DNA of 50,299 bases from Perkinsus olseni. Its lineage: Eukaryota. Below, piece by piece: positions 11,440 to 25,039 of this stretch. Below the pieces are notes generated by a model that ran no database searches, was not told the DNA's origin, and saw only the letters and a program-made list of their open reading frames with translations. The position numbers and the translations under genes were made by a program. Numbering within the stretch: the stretch's first letter is position 1; each line of letters opens with the position of its first letter. The stretch is taken from the NCBI GenBank assembly GCA_013115125.1, contig JABANN010000230.1:1-50299 (forward strand), given 5' to 3'.

Positions 11440-11573
11440 GAACTGTCTGATTGCATTGCATATCAACGCTACCGAGAGTCCCTAGCTGAGCACATCGGCA
11501 AGAGTCTAAGCCGGAACCGGTGTTAGACTATAAACTCACACACACGGAGTCTCACTGACCGGTGGTCTGACGA
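11440..11573. repeat. Dispersed repeat, short copy (homologous to 40997-41233)
   Basis: Shares GAACTGTCTGATT..TGCATATCA.CGCTAC..CTGAGCACATCGGC..GACTAT and AACTCACACACAC..TGGTCT blocks with 40997-41233, but lacks about 105 bp of its middle. Confidence 0.8.
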
Positions 11574-11622
11574 TAGTCATCCCTTTGTATGCGACACCAG
11601 TAAAAGTTGAGATCCTCACAAG

Positions 11623-13056
11623 TCAGAAGATAGCTGTCGCCGCCTTCCTGAGCCTTTGCGGAACCCCTTTCCTGCCCCCCGAGGGCGCCTTGCTACGACG
11701 TCCGAGTCGTCGAGTCGATTCGGGGACCGTTGGCTGGAAAAGATCTCCTCCTGAGGCAAGGAGAGATAAAGTGACTCCCTCGGCGAAGGAATACAGAACA
11801 AACCCCTCGTCAACACTCCACACGGCCGACCGCGCGAAGCCCGACCGAATTTACTGTCACGACAGTAGGCGAGTTCTAGAGCCCTTCAGTATACAGCGAA
11901 CGTCTTCACTCGACACAGGACAGTACCAAGAAGCCGAGCGAGCCCGGAGAGCCCACCTGGGGTATTGTGGTAGAGTAGGCCATCGGCGGCATATCGTGCA
12001 ATGGTCCATTGTCATAATCACCTTCGGGAGCCCTGTAGCGGTACCGGTCTGACTCATCCCACGGCCGCATATCCTCCCTATACGGATACTCTTCTAATGG
12101 TGGTACATCCCAAGGCAGAGGAGGAGGCGCTGACCACTCAGGATACCGCCGCCTCTGACGCTCAAGGGAGCCATCTCGCTCCTCCCAGTCAGGTCGGCCC
12201 GCGTGGGTTGACTGAGAAAAAAATACCGCGATCGTCCCGCAATCTCCATCGTATGTGAGTAGCCGACCCAGCACTGTACGATAAATTCACGCTCTATTGT
12301 CCGAGTCCATCATGCTCAGCTCTGTAGAAAAACTTACAGTTACAAAAAAACGTCTACTTCAGAAACATTCGTCTATTATAACATTTAACATTGTCTACAG
12401 AAATACTTGTTACACCGAGTCATCTATGGTCAACCTATAAGTGCGTTCGTGCGTTCCGCCCTGTACCCAAGCATATCCACCTACCGTTGTGAGCCTAGTG
12501 TCATCACCTGGGTGGCCTTCGGTGAACGGAGGATGAACATCATAAAATGACCGAGGCATCGCATCTTCTCTGGGAGGCTCACCCTGAGAGGGATCCTCCG
12601 ACACACCCATCCATATGCTAACATCCCAAGACCTACGTCTTCCCACTCTCCACCATCATCAGATCCTTCATCATCCTTCACCTCCTGCCAATCTTTATAC
12701 CACTCCTTCTTGAACTCGTCCCACTTCCATTCGTACCACCACTTCTTGCCATCCCCCCACGAGCCCCAGCTGTCTCTACCCCAGTCGTCATCCTCCTTAT
12801 TCGTGTCAGACTTACGAGGTTCTCTCTCTTCCTGTTTCTCAGCCGAGTGCTTCAGCCGCTCACCCCAGCCTTCGTCCTCGCGGCCTTGAGAATCCTTCTT
12901 AGGTGCCGTCCACGAGCTAGAATCAGCTGCGTTGTGTTGCCTAGTGAGATGTTCCCATCCTGTGCGTTTGCTCTCCTCAGGGGCGGCTTTAGCTCCTGAT
13001 GTTGCTGACTCAGCGGCAGGAGCCCTGAGACACAGAAGCGGCTCTTCCCTGTCCAT
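11623..13056 (-). CDS. Multi-exon hypothetical protein (Trp/acidic-rich, then Pro/Arg-rich)
   Basis: ORFs 12481-13056, 12410-12646, 11906-12274 and 11623-11823 are linked by GT-AG introns. No domain recognised. Confidence 0.55.
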
Positions 13057-13398
13057 AAAACACAGATGAGACAGTATGTCATGGCCGTTTTCCAGTCGAA
13101 CTAGTCGGCTCCATCAGATCTTCCGCGTTATGTCATCTCAAGATATGTGCAACTCTCGGGTTTCCACGCTTTTCACAATTGCTATCCGCTCAACACTTGG
13201 CAGAAACTTGATGCTCCTCTAAAAATTCGCTTGGGAGCCCTTTTTTCGCTCTTCACCAGAACCGCAAGAGAACACATCAAAATTCGGGCCGATCGTACGG
13301 ATCAGCACAAGGGCAATAGGGGGCGTCCAGACCCAAGCAGTCTCGCTATTCGTAGATTGAGAAGCACACATATACTTATTGGTTATAATCTTACTCCA

Positions 13399-15685
13399 TC
13401 ATGAACCATCGGTATCACTACGTCGGCAGGAGACCCCGAGGGAAGAGCCGTCCGAGAGCCCCCTTACTTCATCGGCGCGGCCGGGCTCTGCGCGTTGCTG
13501 GAGGTCCACGCCTCTGGTCCCACCAGCTTCACTGCTGATTCGGTCGACACGGGCGTCTGACAATCCGACTGTGGCACCGTGCAGCACAGCCCTTCTCCAT
13601 CCTACCGAGGCGGATCCGGTCTTCAGGCCGGCCAATGCCTGGGCCCTAGCTGCTTCCCGAGCACGCTCCGCCTGACAGGAGCGGGGACCCACATTTGGGA
13701 GGAATTAGTGGGCGCGTCGCGAAGATACGGGATAGATACGGGGGATAAGTAGAGAATTGAGGATACCATCTTATGTCAATGGCGGGCCCATCCATTTTAG
13801 CGGTGGCAAGCCCAGGAGCCGTAGCTCAATTCGGTTGCGAAAAGCCTCATATTATATGACCCGCTATAGCGTAACAGTCTAGTAATGCAAGTAAAGAGCG
13901 AGAACGATGCATCCTTCTAGAGGCTAGTTGCCGTGGTGACAACAATAACATTAATATCTTCTTCACTTCGAACCTTGAGGCTGTCGAGGTTACATGAGCA
14001 CTGATGCGCTCTCCAAAATCAGCCAGACCCGATTCCCTCAGAGGCATTCTCCCGCCAGACACACCTCACGATTCATCTCCTCCTCGTCGAAGCGTTGAGC
14101 AGATAACTTAGAGTCCACAACCTCCTGCTTCGTCTTGAGCCATGATGATGTGAAGGATATCTGGTACGACAACAGGGCATGCCTCTTGGACGAATCAACG
14201 CCCGCCTCTGGTAAACAGAATGACCAAAACTAGTCCACGGCAGGTACAAAATGTATAAGCTAATTAGTTACTGCAAATTTCCGGACGCTTCCGAAATGAG
14301 AGAAGACCCGGGATTTCTCCTATACCTAAGCAGGCGTGAAAGACAGTGCCCTCTCACGTTCACAAGCATCTCCTTCTCTGTATTAACCACCATACTCCTC
14401 AGAAGGAGTTGTCCTCTCTTATCAACCCAACCAGCGTTGATGAGATGGTCTAAGTCCCCTTGGAGATCGAGGAGGCCCGTCCATCCCCTGAGCGATGACG
14501 TATACCACTCCTACAAGGTACGAGCCCTACACTGTTGGCTGCTGTTGGGTGAAGGTGGTCGGGCCGTACCGGATGATGGACGTGCTCGGGCACCTGACTC
14601 GAGCTAATGCGGGCAGATGTAGTCCACGGGTCTGCGAGATTCAGATCGCCAATTCTGTCCCTAATTATCACAACTTCGCGTCTGTTTTCACACTATTGTA
14701 GCTAGATAGATTAAAGCTAGTCTCGATGTTCTTCCCTGAGGGAAGTTCCCTCTCGTAGGAACCCCCCTCTCTTCCCCTCCTTTGGCTAGTTCCCACAACC
14801 ACACTCCACCCTACTCCCTCGTGTTGTGACACCGCACGTCGACCTCAAGATACTACTTTAAATTCGGAATCCACAGCATGACCTGCCGCCGCAATCCCTC
14901 AGGATGCTGCCGCCACAGTTCTGCTGCTGATTCTGAGGAGACCAGCTCAAGCGTTCGTTGCGAAGTCAGCCTCCTACGCTGGTTGTCTGCTTCGACCAAG
15001 ACGTTGACTGATAACCAAGTATCCTGCGCCGTGCTCGCCTGGCCCGTCCCCGCATAGAAGTAGCTGCACAGATGGTGAGAAACTCGCTACCACAACCGAC
15101 GGCTCACCCTCTGGGGTAGATCTGCAGACGATGTTTGCACTTTCTCTCGGAGTCCCAGATCTGCTTGCCGAGCATCATAGCACTCTGTGGGCCGAACCTC
15201 GATCGAGGGTCCCGAGCCAGGCAAATCACCTATTACGAATTGGGAGATTTCGTTCTCCTGCGCAACGTGACGATTGCAAATTTTCAGTTTTTTGAACGGA
15301 AAAATAGCCATTTTTGGCAAGTGTAGGAGATGGTGTCCTCGGGGCTACGGCTTTTCTCAAGGCAGTGGTACCTGCTCCGTTTCGTGAGCTCGTAGAGGCG
15401 GTAGGATCTCCCTCATCTCCTCGGAATACTCGATGTTGGTTGTGGCCACTGAAAGAAGTCATCATTGCACAGAGGATAGTCTACAACGTTATCACACGAG
15501 AGGTAGGTGGTTCGATCCCTCCCCTCACCATTACCCGTAGTGGATCCCCTCCACTGCCCAGTATCGGTCCAGTTACTCGCATCCTCCCCTCCAACAGGCG
15601 GCGGCGGAGGGGGAGGAGGAGGAGGAGGAGGAGGGAGGAGGGACTGCTTCTGCTGTTGGGGTCGACGGGGGTACTTAGACGTCAT
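13399..15685 (-). CDS. Multi-exon MATH/TRAF-domain protein with poly-Pro N-terminus
   Basis: Manual exons give HRLQIYPRG, TWLSVNV, and GWTGLLDL...LINAGWVDKRGQLLLRSMVV, in the order of the MATH consensus. Splice phases not fully resolved. Confidence 0.6.
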
Positions 15686-16274
15686 CTTTCGTTGCCCCAC
15701 AGAGCCTTTGCCGCCGCCAGTGATACCTGTTCAGTAAACCTGCTGTCAGCAAAGACTCGCACTTTTTCGGAGAAACTTCAGGAGTTCAGCAGTCAGCACT
15801 TTTGAGCAAGCTGCTAAACAGTCCCGAGAAAAGACCAAGACCATCCACTTGCCCGCCTTTTGTGGGGCCCAATGTCCGAGCGACTGATCACTCGGGTGAA
15901 AACAAAACCGCAAGCTCGAGTTCACTTCAAAATTTGCCAGGAAACTATTTCCGTCATTCTACCAGTCAATAAGCGCACTTTTTCAACATGTAGCACCCGA
16001 CGGCCGGCGCCTGTCCAACCTCTTTAAGGGTCGTGAGCGGGGTGACACACATGCCCACTCGATGCCGCATATTTCTCGAGCGCATTCATTCTTCACCCGA
16101 TGACTCGGAAGAGTCTCCGGGCTCGGAGTAGTACTACCCGTCTTAGCTTGCTTGGCAGCATCACCAGTCAAATCAACGACATCTCCCTGCTGCTTCCCAT
16201 CTTCCCCTTCTCGCTGCGGGCTCGCTATAGACAACCTACACGCCCAACTGCAGTACCATCGTCGTCGTCCCTTC

Positions 16275-19200
16275 CTACTTCCACTGAGGCACATCAGACC
16301 GCGCTATCGCCTGCTTGTACATGTCCGCCATGGCCGCCCTGTCCAACTGGGGTGTCTCGGACTCCTCTTTTTTCTTAGGGGTACTTGTAGCCTGCGTTAC
16401 CGCCGGTACCCGAAGCTCTCCCAAGGGCTTCCGACTCGTCGGTGATTTCTCCGTCTCTTGCCGTTGCTGTGGTTTCGCTCCGCCGACACTCACAGCCTCC
16501 GGGATCTTCCTCGGGCCAAGAGGGGTCTGGTTGGCATTGTATTTCCCCTTCTTCTTTAGCCCTTTGCCTCCCTTTCCACCGGCCTTGCGCTGGTCGAACC
16601 TGTTCATCGCCGCCGCTTTTGGGGCCTCCACCGCAGGCACAACGCTAGGAGAGTGGGAGGCGTTCCTCCCTCTGTATTCTATTGTGGGGATATCCTCAAG
16701 AATGCTCTGCTGCTGTTGAACGGCCGGACGGCCGCGGTACCGATCGTACGTGTCCATCACGCTGGTCGAAGGCCCCCCTTTGCCTCCCACAGGCTGCTGA
16801 AAAGGGACGCCGGACGGGTACTGCACGGCAACCGGCTGGACGATAGAGTTGACGGGATACGGAGGACCTGTCGGTCTGCCAGTGGGGGGAAGCTGTGCAA
16901 CAGGTGGCTGCGCTGTGGGTAGCGGTTGCTGATACTGCTGGGATGGGCCTGGATTAACCATCCCTTGTGGAGCAAAGGGCGCTTGCTGCTGTGGTTGGGG
17001 TGGTGGTGGGGCCTGCTGCTGCGGTATGGCCATAGCCTGAGGGTTCATAGAACCCTGTGGTTGTGGTTGGGGTAGAGGAAGAGGTGCCGGCTGTTGCTGT
17101 CGTACGGGTACCGTAGGGGTACCGACAAATCCTCGTCCCTGTGATTGGGGTGGAGGGAGAGTCTGGCGCTGTGGAGGCATGGTCATGGCCTGCGGACCGA
17201 TAGCCACTTGCTGTTGTTGTGATTGGGGAGGAGAGGGAAGGACCGGCCGCTGCTGCTGTTGCTGCATCGCAATGGCCTGCGCGGTCGCCACGACCTCCTG
17301 TTGCTGCCGAGCGAAGTGCTGCTGTACCTAAGAAGACTTCATACAGTCGATGTTGTGGCATGTCGCTATCATCTAGAAGACGAGTCGTCCACAGGAGTAC
17401 GACCATGAACCCTTAAAATGCTGCTGCGGCGGGTGTTACCCAAACGCCCTGCAGAAGAGACTAGAGGAGAGATCCTCTCCCCTTGAAGGCCACGAGAGTA
17501 TAGATCCAGCCATGCAACAGTCACAACCCGATGAAGATTTTCATTTGAATCCATCGTTCGAACACCTAGGAGGAGTACTCTCCCCAAAGATCTATCCGTC
17601 TTACCGCAGCAGCATACTGACGTTGGTAGACGACCATCGCCTGCTGGTACTGCATCAACGCCTCCGCTGGGTCTGCCGAGTACTGAATGCCACCGCCTTG
17701 TTGCTGCTGCTGTTGTGACGGCGTCGTACCGCCATAGCTCGCCATGGAGGGAGGGTGAGAGGGGAGGCGACGACGCCTGGGGTGACCATCAACGCATCAA
17801 CCCAGGCAACGCAACAGGCAAAGTTTAACACGATCGAGACAAGGACGAACTCCGATAGGATGGAGTTGCACAATGGTGTCCTCGAATGGTAGGACAGAAC
17901 CAGCAGAAGGAAGACAAGAGGGGTCAGTATGGTCAGTTGAAAGGAGATTCAGGAGAACCGAAGGGTCACACAGGACCGCTTCACCGAGCTGCTGTACAGC
18001 ATCTCGAGTTGAACGTGCTGATGGCAAGCAAGGGAGGTGCCGTTTGTCCCTCTACTCCCTCTCCCCTCCAATTACCGGCCATCCCCCAGGGGCCCTTCTC
18101 TGTCCACTACCAACGCAAGACTGCTGCTGTGGACGTAGTAATCTAGTACACGGGCAACAAAGCTGCTTCGCCGCTGGAATGATATCAAACTTATGACAAC
18201 TGGCTGATGCAGGGGAATGGTATTGAACAACATCTGCTGTTACTTCTGCTACCTCACCCATTGCAATGGCAATGACGAGCAACACCTGCAAGGACACTGA
18301 ATCGAACAACGTCTTCGACGTGTCCTACACAGTCCACATCGGTCGCACTTCCTGTGATGGCAAGGACATGATCGTCCGCTGGCTGCCGTCCAAAGTACAT
18401 TACCACGCCTATCGCGCACTGCCTGAACAACAGCGAAAGGATGAGGACCGCTGCCAAGCCATGGTGATGATAGTAGCAGCAGCAGTCGCGGGAAAACGCC
18501 GCGGCAGTAACGGGAGACATGTTGGCGTCTAGGAGGCGAGCAGGCGACGTAGAGGGTTGAAGCCAATACATGAACAAAAGCCAACTCCTGCGCTGAGCGG
18601 CTATGCGACGTGCCTTCCCGAAAATTTCGTCTTTTCGGTAACGGGTTGGGGTGCCATTTCACACCACTGGCCAACACTCAAGCTTACCGTTCTGTAGTCG
18701 CCGTACTTGTGACCAGTTGCTGATGCAGAACTACTATGCTGCTTCGCGGACGAGGTCTGAACGTGAAGGACCAGAAGTACTCCGCTCACAAGTCGTTGAG
18801 AATCAGTCTCACCGATGCACTTGAGGAAGAGTCGTCCATGACAGAAGTAGCGGCGGCCATCTTCTTCATCTGTTCCATGTCTTTGGACATGCTCCTAGTC
18901 CGCCGCCGCGTGAGCACCATCGGTTCTTGCTTCACCTCCACGACTTCCTTCTCCACCGCTCCGCTCTCGTTCTGGCCAGACACCGCCTACCGCAACGGCT
19001 ACTATCATGACGACTGTGCGAAGACGCCTACCTCCAATGGTCTCGCTGCACTCCGGCGCGTCGTTCGCCGCGCACTCGCCTCCGCAGACTTGGCCGTCAC
19101 GTCGTTCCCACTCGGCACAGCGCTGCTAGCAGCTGCCTTTTTCGACGTCGTCTCCGATAAGTTTTGTGCTGCAGCCACCTTGGCAACCGCAGCAGCAGCG

Positions 19201-20540
19201 GCTAGGGCCACCACGTTGGGAACGGACGGGACTTCCGCGGGCGGAGGGTTTTGGAAGGGAGGAGGAGATGTGGCAGACAGGACAGACGCTACGGCAGGGC
19301 AGACGATTGGCCCTCCAGCCTGATAGGAGAAGTCCAATATTATGAATGAAGGTGATCGTCGCCTCTCACTTGGTCCGAGGGCGTCGCCGGCGTCTTGACG
19401 GTCTTGCGAGTCTTAGCCGTTTGTGGGTAGGGGGTCGGATCCGCGCACTGACAGTGTCGTGTTATACCTGACCTTTTCTGTAAGTGACAAGCATGAGCTA
19501 AAGATTCTCAAGAGGACGATGATGGCTATGATATGATGCTCTCCTACACTGCTGACACTTCATACACCGTCTCTGGTGGCAACCACACTTCACTTCACCC
19601 ATGCTTGTATAACTGATCCCTGGGATGCGGGGTGCCGGGATTGAACCTCCGGTCTCCGTCTGTAACCCGGTTGTTGACGATATCCCGCGGTAGGCAACTG
19701 CAGCACCAGCGGCACTCAGAGCACTCAGTGAGTTGGCCAGTACAACGCTATTATTCTATCAACCCCAGTCCCGACTATTTCCTCAGAATATTTTACAACT
19801 TCCCAGTGATGCCCCCTTGTTCTCACCAGGGCCGCTTTCTTCGGTCTTCATGGCTTTCAGTGGGATGGGAGTCTCGCTGAGGCCCTCTCCTGGACGCTTC
19901 CTCGACGACGCACCACCTACACAGCCTCTCTACAACACAGGCTGATAGCCATGCCCCTACCCTCTCCGGTGCAGATGCAGTGTAGCGCGACACAGTTACC
20001 GCACACGGCGCCTGAACAGCAAAAGTGGTACATCCGAGGCGGCGGAATGTCGAGAAATGGTGAGCGGTCATCAACCGCACTCTACTCGAAGACGAGAATG
20101 ATGAGGCATGCTACGTGGAGGATGATCTGTCCTCGCGGCCCATGGGTGATGGTGATGTCAACTCCTTCAAGACTCGGCGTATGTAGTTCGGTCTTGGCGT
20201 AAGATAGACAGAATTAGTATATTCTGTGGTATTAATATATTAATTATGTACTATTGAATGGCATTATATTATTATTAGTATCAACATTAATTAGTAACCA
20301 GCACGTGTAAATGCGGTGACTGGCTGCACATATGACGAATTGGGTCATTCTACCGTTACCGTTCTAATTGGGTCGTTCGCGAAAACCGCTGTAATAGGTA
20401 TTATAATAATGATATATCTAAACTTAATATATAGTTATCCCCAACATCACATCAGAAATGCGGCGTGTGACGGCGGCAAGACAAGACCCATTCCATTCTC
20501 CACTTCCATGCAGCGGGCCATATACGATATACTTTCACAG
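16275..20540 (-). CDS. Multi-exon protein with repeated Cys-rich segments and Gln/Pro-rich C-terminus
   Basis: Exons encode CCSGAVCGNC..HCIC, CSECRWCCSC, CGCHQRRCMKCQQC and CPCHHRKCDRCGLC..CSIQCPCRCC. The 338-aa Q/P-rich ORF lies at 16275-17291. Both ends uncertain. Confidence 0.6.
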
Positions 20541-20607
20541 GGGGGTATGCATGAGAAGACGGCGATGTGTGGTACTACATAATACAGGTATCGAGAGCAG
20601 ACTGACT

Positions 20608-22700
20608 ACATCGTTTGCTGCTGTTGCTGTTGCTGTTGCTGTTGTTGCAGCGGCATGTGGGGGGGCATGTGGCATTCTCCTTCTTAATTCCTAATTTGGC
20701 TTGGACCTAGTGAGAGCAGAGAATGACTACTCATCCTTTCCGAACCTTCCCCGAGGTACATCCGAGCCGAAGCCTCCTCGGCGACAAGTGCAATGCTTAG
20801 CAAGACATTTGCGACAATCTTTGCATCGCTTCGCTCGGCCGCGGCGATCGACTGAATATCTATGATGCTGTTCGACGGTAGGCGAGAGGTCTTACCACAG
20901 TCGCTGCACTTCGCCACGGGCCATTGGACTCCCTTACCGAATGAGTACTGATGCACCTTGGTACCTGAAAATCGGGGAAGGTGTGGTATTGCATTTTTCA
21001 TGCATGCAGGAGTTGAGCGACGCAGCGATACCACCGCTCTTACTGGCTGGGAAATGCGGCAACCCGCTGGAAGTATTCGAGGAATCACCAATCTTCATCC
21101 TTGGACAAGAGGTGGGGAGCGTCTCCACTCGATGAGCCGTTCCATGGCGATACGTGATAGTCACCAGACCAGTCGCTGAAACCACAGCGCGATTAGACTA
21201 ACACGCCATCGTACACGTTTGGCAGCCCACCATCCCGGGTTCTATTCCCACGAGCTGCGCTCAGCACAGTCATTACCTGTCTGGTTATTGGTTATTCTCG
21301 CCCTACACCAGACCTCATCTTCTCCAGGCGCATTCTCCTGCCCCGCCAACACCGACACTGGGCATCCAGGGTCAGCCGCTATCTGATGACCGCGCGCCAC
21401 GAAATTGCCAAAGACTCCGCATCCTAATCTCCACGCACCCTTTTTGACCCCATGACTGCTCGGGGACTCAGCAGCCTAGCCAGCTTCACCCCGATATCAC
21501 ATCCCATCGTCTTAGCCGAGGCGTAGGTATCGATCCACTGGGCATAGACGAATCTAAGCAAGTGTGATAGGGGAGGATGTACTCTCCTCCGTGAACTCGA
21601 GCGAAGCAGAGAGAAGCGTGCGTTCGACGATAGCCTCCTGCAGGCGGACTGTGTTGTCCAACGCACGCTCGGGACTGAGACTTAACGCATAAGCGGTGAA
21701 CAAGAGGATCAATCTAACACCATGAGTAACCTTGCGAGCCCCAGAGAGTATGTTCGAGCTACTCGAATGCAATTATATCACGCCCATGGCGGCGGAATTT
21801 CAGGTTGAAGCAAGCTGCTCGCAGATTGGTTAAATTAGGTAACCGTCGTTTCTCCTGCGACGATGAGAGGCGCCGCCCATACTACTTCGGCATTCGAACA
21901 GATTCCTCAAATCCGAGAGCCTGGAAGAACCCAATGGCCTTCTGATCCACGCTGCTGATAACCTCGGTGAAACCTACGAAAGGAGTGGTACGGGTAGCGT
22001 GTGCGAGCCTACCCTACTACCTTCATGGACCCACTGTTGCATCAACGTATGCAGCAGACTCCGACCGTACCCCGAACCCCGATAGGCCTCAGCGGTCGCG
22101 ATATATGCCAACTCGATGAAACCAAACTTATAATGACGCGCTGAAGAGAACAGAACTCTCAATGCCAAAGTACCACGACAATCAACGAGCGATTCTCATA
22201 TTATCGTGATGGTTGCAAAGCCATCAATAACAGACAACTGGAGCACCGATTGGAAGCACGAACTCCCAGAAAACTCAGAGAGGTGCAACGTCGGTCGTAG
22301 CAAGAGAGTCGGCGCGAACGTCTATTCGATTTGGACGCACAACGGCGGACAAAACTTGTGAACTCTCGGTGGGGCACTATGCTTCACCGGTAAATTCGAG
22401 GATGTACTCCAATCTCCTAGACTCGAGCCTCGTTCACGGCCGAAGGAACTCATGGCGCTCCATACAACAGCCCCTGCTATAAGCTGGTTCCCACTTCCGC
22501 ACTGCGCAGTATGATCTCGCCACAACGCCCCCAGAAAGTCAGATCGTGCATGCAAGTACAGTTAAACACGCCCTACAGCCGATGCAGCTCTCGAATACGA
22601 TGGGTTCCATTCGTTTTCACAGGTAGCATACTGTACATGACGATAACACTACTTCAGCTTGCATGCTAAATTGGCGATACATCTGTTCGCGTATCGAGAT
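20608..22700 (-). CDS. Multi-exon GNAT (GCN5-related) acetyltransferase with CW-like Cys motif; may extend upstream to ~24.6 kb
   Basis: FIELAYIATAEAYRGSGYGRSLL (acetyl-CoA motif A), AIGFFQALGF (motif B), and WPVAKCSDCGKTSRLP. Confidence 0.75.
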
Positions 22701-23132
22701 ATTACTCCCCTTATGTAAAACTTAGCGCTATATTCTACGAAGCTCAGTGACCAAGGCGCGAGATGATAACTAAGTGTGATCTCAGACTTTTCCAAATGTC
22801 GCTTCCCTCGTTCCCAAGGCCGAGGCCTTGACAATTATCAGGCCGGAATCGGCTCAACTGCAAGCGCTGCGCGAGAGAGTTTCCACTACTTGATCAAGCG
22901 CCGCCGACACATTCTCGAGAATTCGCCATTACGACCGCAAAATGCACGATGCACATACCATAAAAACTTCTTCAGCGATTACTACAACCCTCGTTAAATG
23001 AAGCTGCTCCCTCCCAGATTGGGTGTCCCAATACTACCAAAGACCGCTGCACTGACGAGATCGCCATCACCGCCGTCCAGAACCAGCCCCCAGCACTCGA
23101 ACCGGCTAGTACTCGAAGAAAAACTGAAAGAC

Positions 23133-23205
23133 GAAGCGTACCAAGAATCGAACCGAAGACCTTCCGCTGCTGAAACCAGAAGATTAACGAACTGAATTAT
23201 CACAT
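23133..23205 (-). pseudogene. Degenerate full-length tRNA-like sequence
   Basis: GATGTGATAATTCAGTTCGTTAATCTTCTGGTTTCAGCAGCGGAAGGTCTTCGGTTCGATTCTTGGTACGC has an A-box-like stretch, AGGTC and a B box at tRNA spacing. Confidence 0.55.
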
Positions 23206-25039
23206 CGACTTCTCCACATGTCCCTCGGGCAAGCCTGGTAGTGACTCTTGTAAAATACTGACAGCATCCCATTTCCTCTCCACTGACATCGCCGGGCACA
23301 CTACGTGCTTCCCTTGTCTCACCGAGCCACTGAAATTGGAAAGACGATGTTGAAATAGTCGGCGATCTCCATCCGCCGTGAACGCTTGTCACCAGCGCAG
23401 CAGCAATGAGTGTGACAACATCAGTCCGCTGGTGATGGTACGATGGCATCTCACACGAGAACGATCACTAAACAATTTGAATGCGAGGGAAAATAACATC
23501 CGTTATCCCTAAAATAACAGGCAGGTGGCTCTCGATGAGCTTCCAGCCTCCACCCTTCCCCGAGAATCCCAGGTTAGATCCAAACGGCGTATTACATAGA
23601 CTCCACTTTAACCGATCCATCCTTCCGTTGACTAACCGAAGCACTACTGCTATGCAGTGACTCCTTCTTCAGTCGTACACATGCCCGTTGTGTTGCCAAG
23701 TCAGGGTCGTTCACTAGGATGCCGGACTCACCATTAAACATTCCCGAGAGTGGCGGCCGGTACAGAAGACGCCGGGCCGGCGAGCTCGTTGCGGTGCCTA
23801 AGAGTGAAAACACTTCAAGCAGCTCGTCACACGCAGACAGTGATATTATTATTTGAGGTATTGAATTGAGGGGGTTGATCACAATAATACTGTTTTCTGT
23901 ATAATTTTTATTTTCTTGCCGAGCGACCGAAGCTGTCCGTTTTTTGGTACAGTATCCAATAGTTGGGCGAATTACTAAAGTTTTCGGCACAAATTTGTCG
24001 TAAGTTGAAGCGATGAGAAAGAGTATAGACAAACTAAAACTTCCGCTGGCCGTTCTCTAGTAGCCTTACAAGACTGGCGTGAAAACGAGCGCATTAATTC
24101 GAAGCACCACGTAGTACTGAGCAGGAAAACTACAAAGAATGCGATAGACAGAGTGAAGGTAGAGATCCAGTGACGTTGTAGGATAGAAAGAGTAATCTCG
24201 TTGTATTTGGAGAATGGCGAAGTAGATAGAGCGTACTAGGGGTAGATCGACCCCCTCATCTCCATACTACCCTTGATGGCGTTTTCTACGGTCTTCAAAG
24301 GTGTTGTTGGCCTTCGAGCAGCAACAATGCTATCGATGGTCGCGAACAGAGGGGTGTAATCTAGCTTGCGTGGAGCCAATCGTACCGTTGGTACCACTGC
24401 CGACTGCTGGTGGCCTGTTGGGGTCGATGCTCTGCCCGCTGATATTACTGATAACATCAAAAGGTGAGTACTGAATTTGTCAAAGTGAAAGTGCGCATCT
24501 TGCACTCTTGCTCTCACTTGCAATTACTCTACACGGACGCGTTTGGTAACTGTCGCACACCCGAAAACTGGTGTCAAGTCAACGGATAATTCCCTAAGTG
24601 ATCCCTAAATTCCAAGGAGACATCCTTAGGGATCTGGTAGCCCACTCGGGCTTCGAGAGGGGTCTCGGGTTTTTTTTCTCACGGACACCTCCTGCCGTCC
24701 CCCGCAACTCGAAGTTTCTCTTTGCAGCAAAGACTTTGCTACCTTTTCTGGTTGCTCGCGGTTCCTTGAATTTTGTCCTTTGCCCTACTCATCGAGCAGT
24801 GCTCCAAAGACGCCTTGAAAGCACGGGTGGAGCTTAAGCTGTTGCCAACAGCCTGCTTGTGACTCTTGGCGGCAAAAAATGTGCTTGATCGTCCTCATGC
24901 GCCTCCCTGTTGCGGTTGGATCTAGTCCTAATAATATCAGTTTTGTCGTTTAACGACATTCCCTATGTACACGCCGCCCTTAGCGTTCCTTCCTCTGCTG
25001 TACGTCGTCCGGAGTGCCGCTAGCACATACAACCCAGTC

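Noticed and set aside
15305-15321. TAGCCATTTTTGGCAAG resembling a dinoflagellate/Perkinsus spliced-leader relic
   Set aside because: Needs gaps to align, lies antisense inside a gene and is not upstream of a plus-strand CDS.
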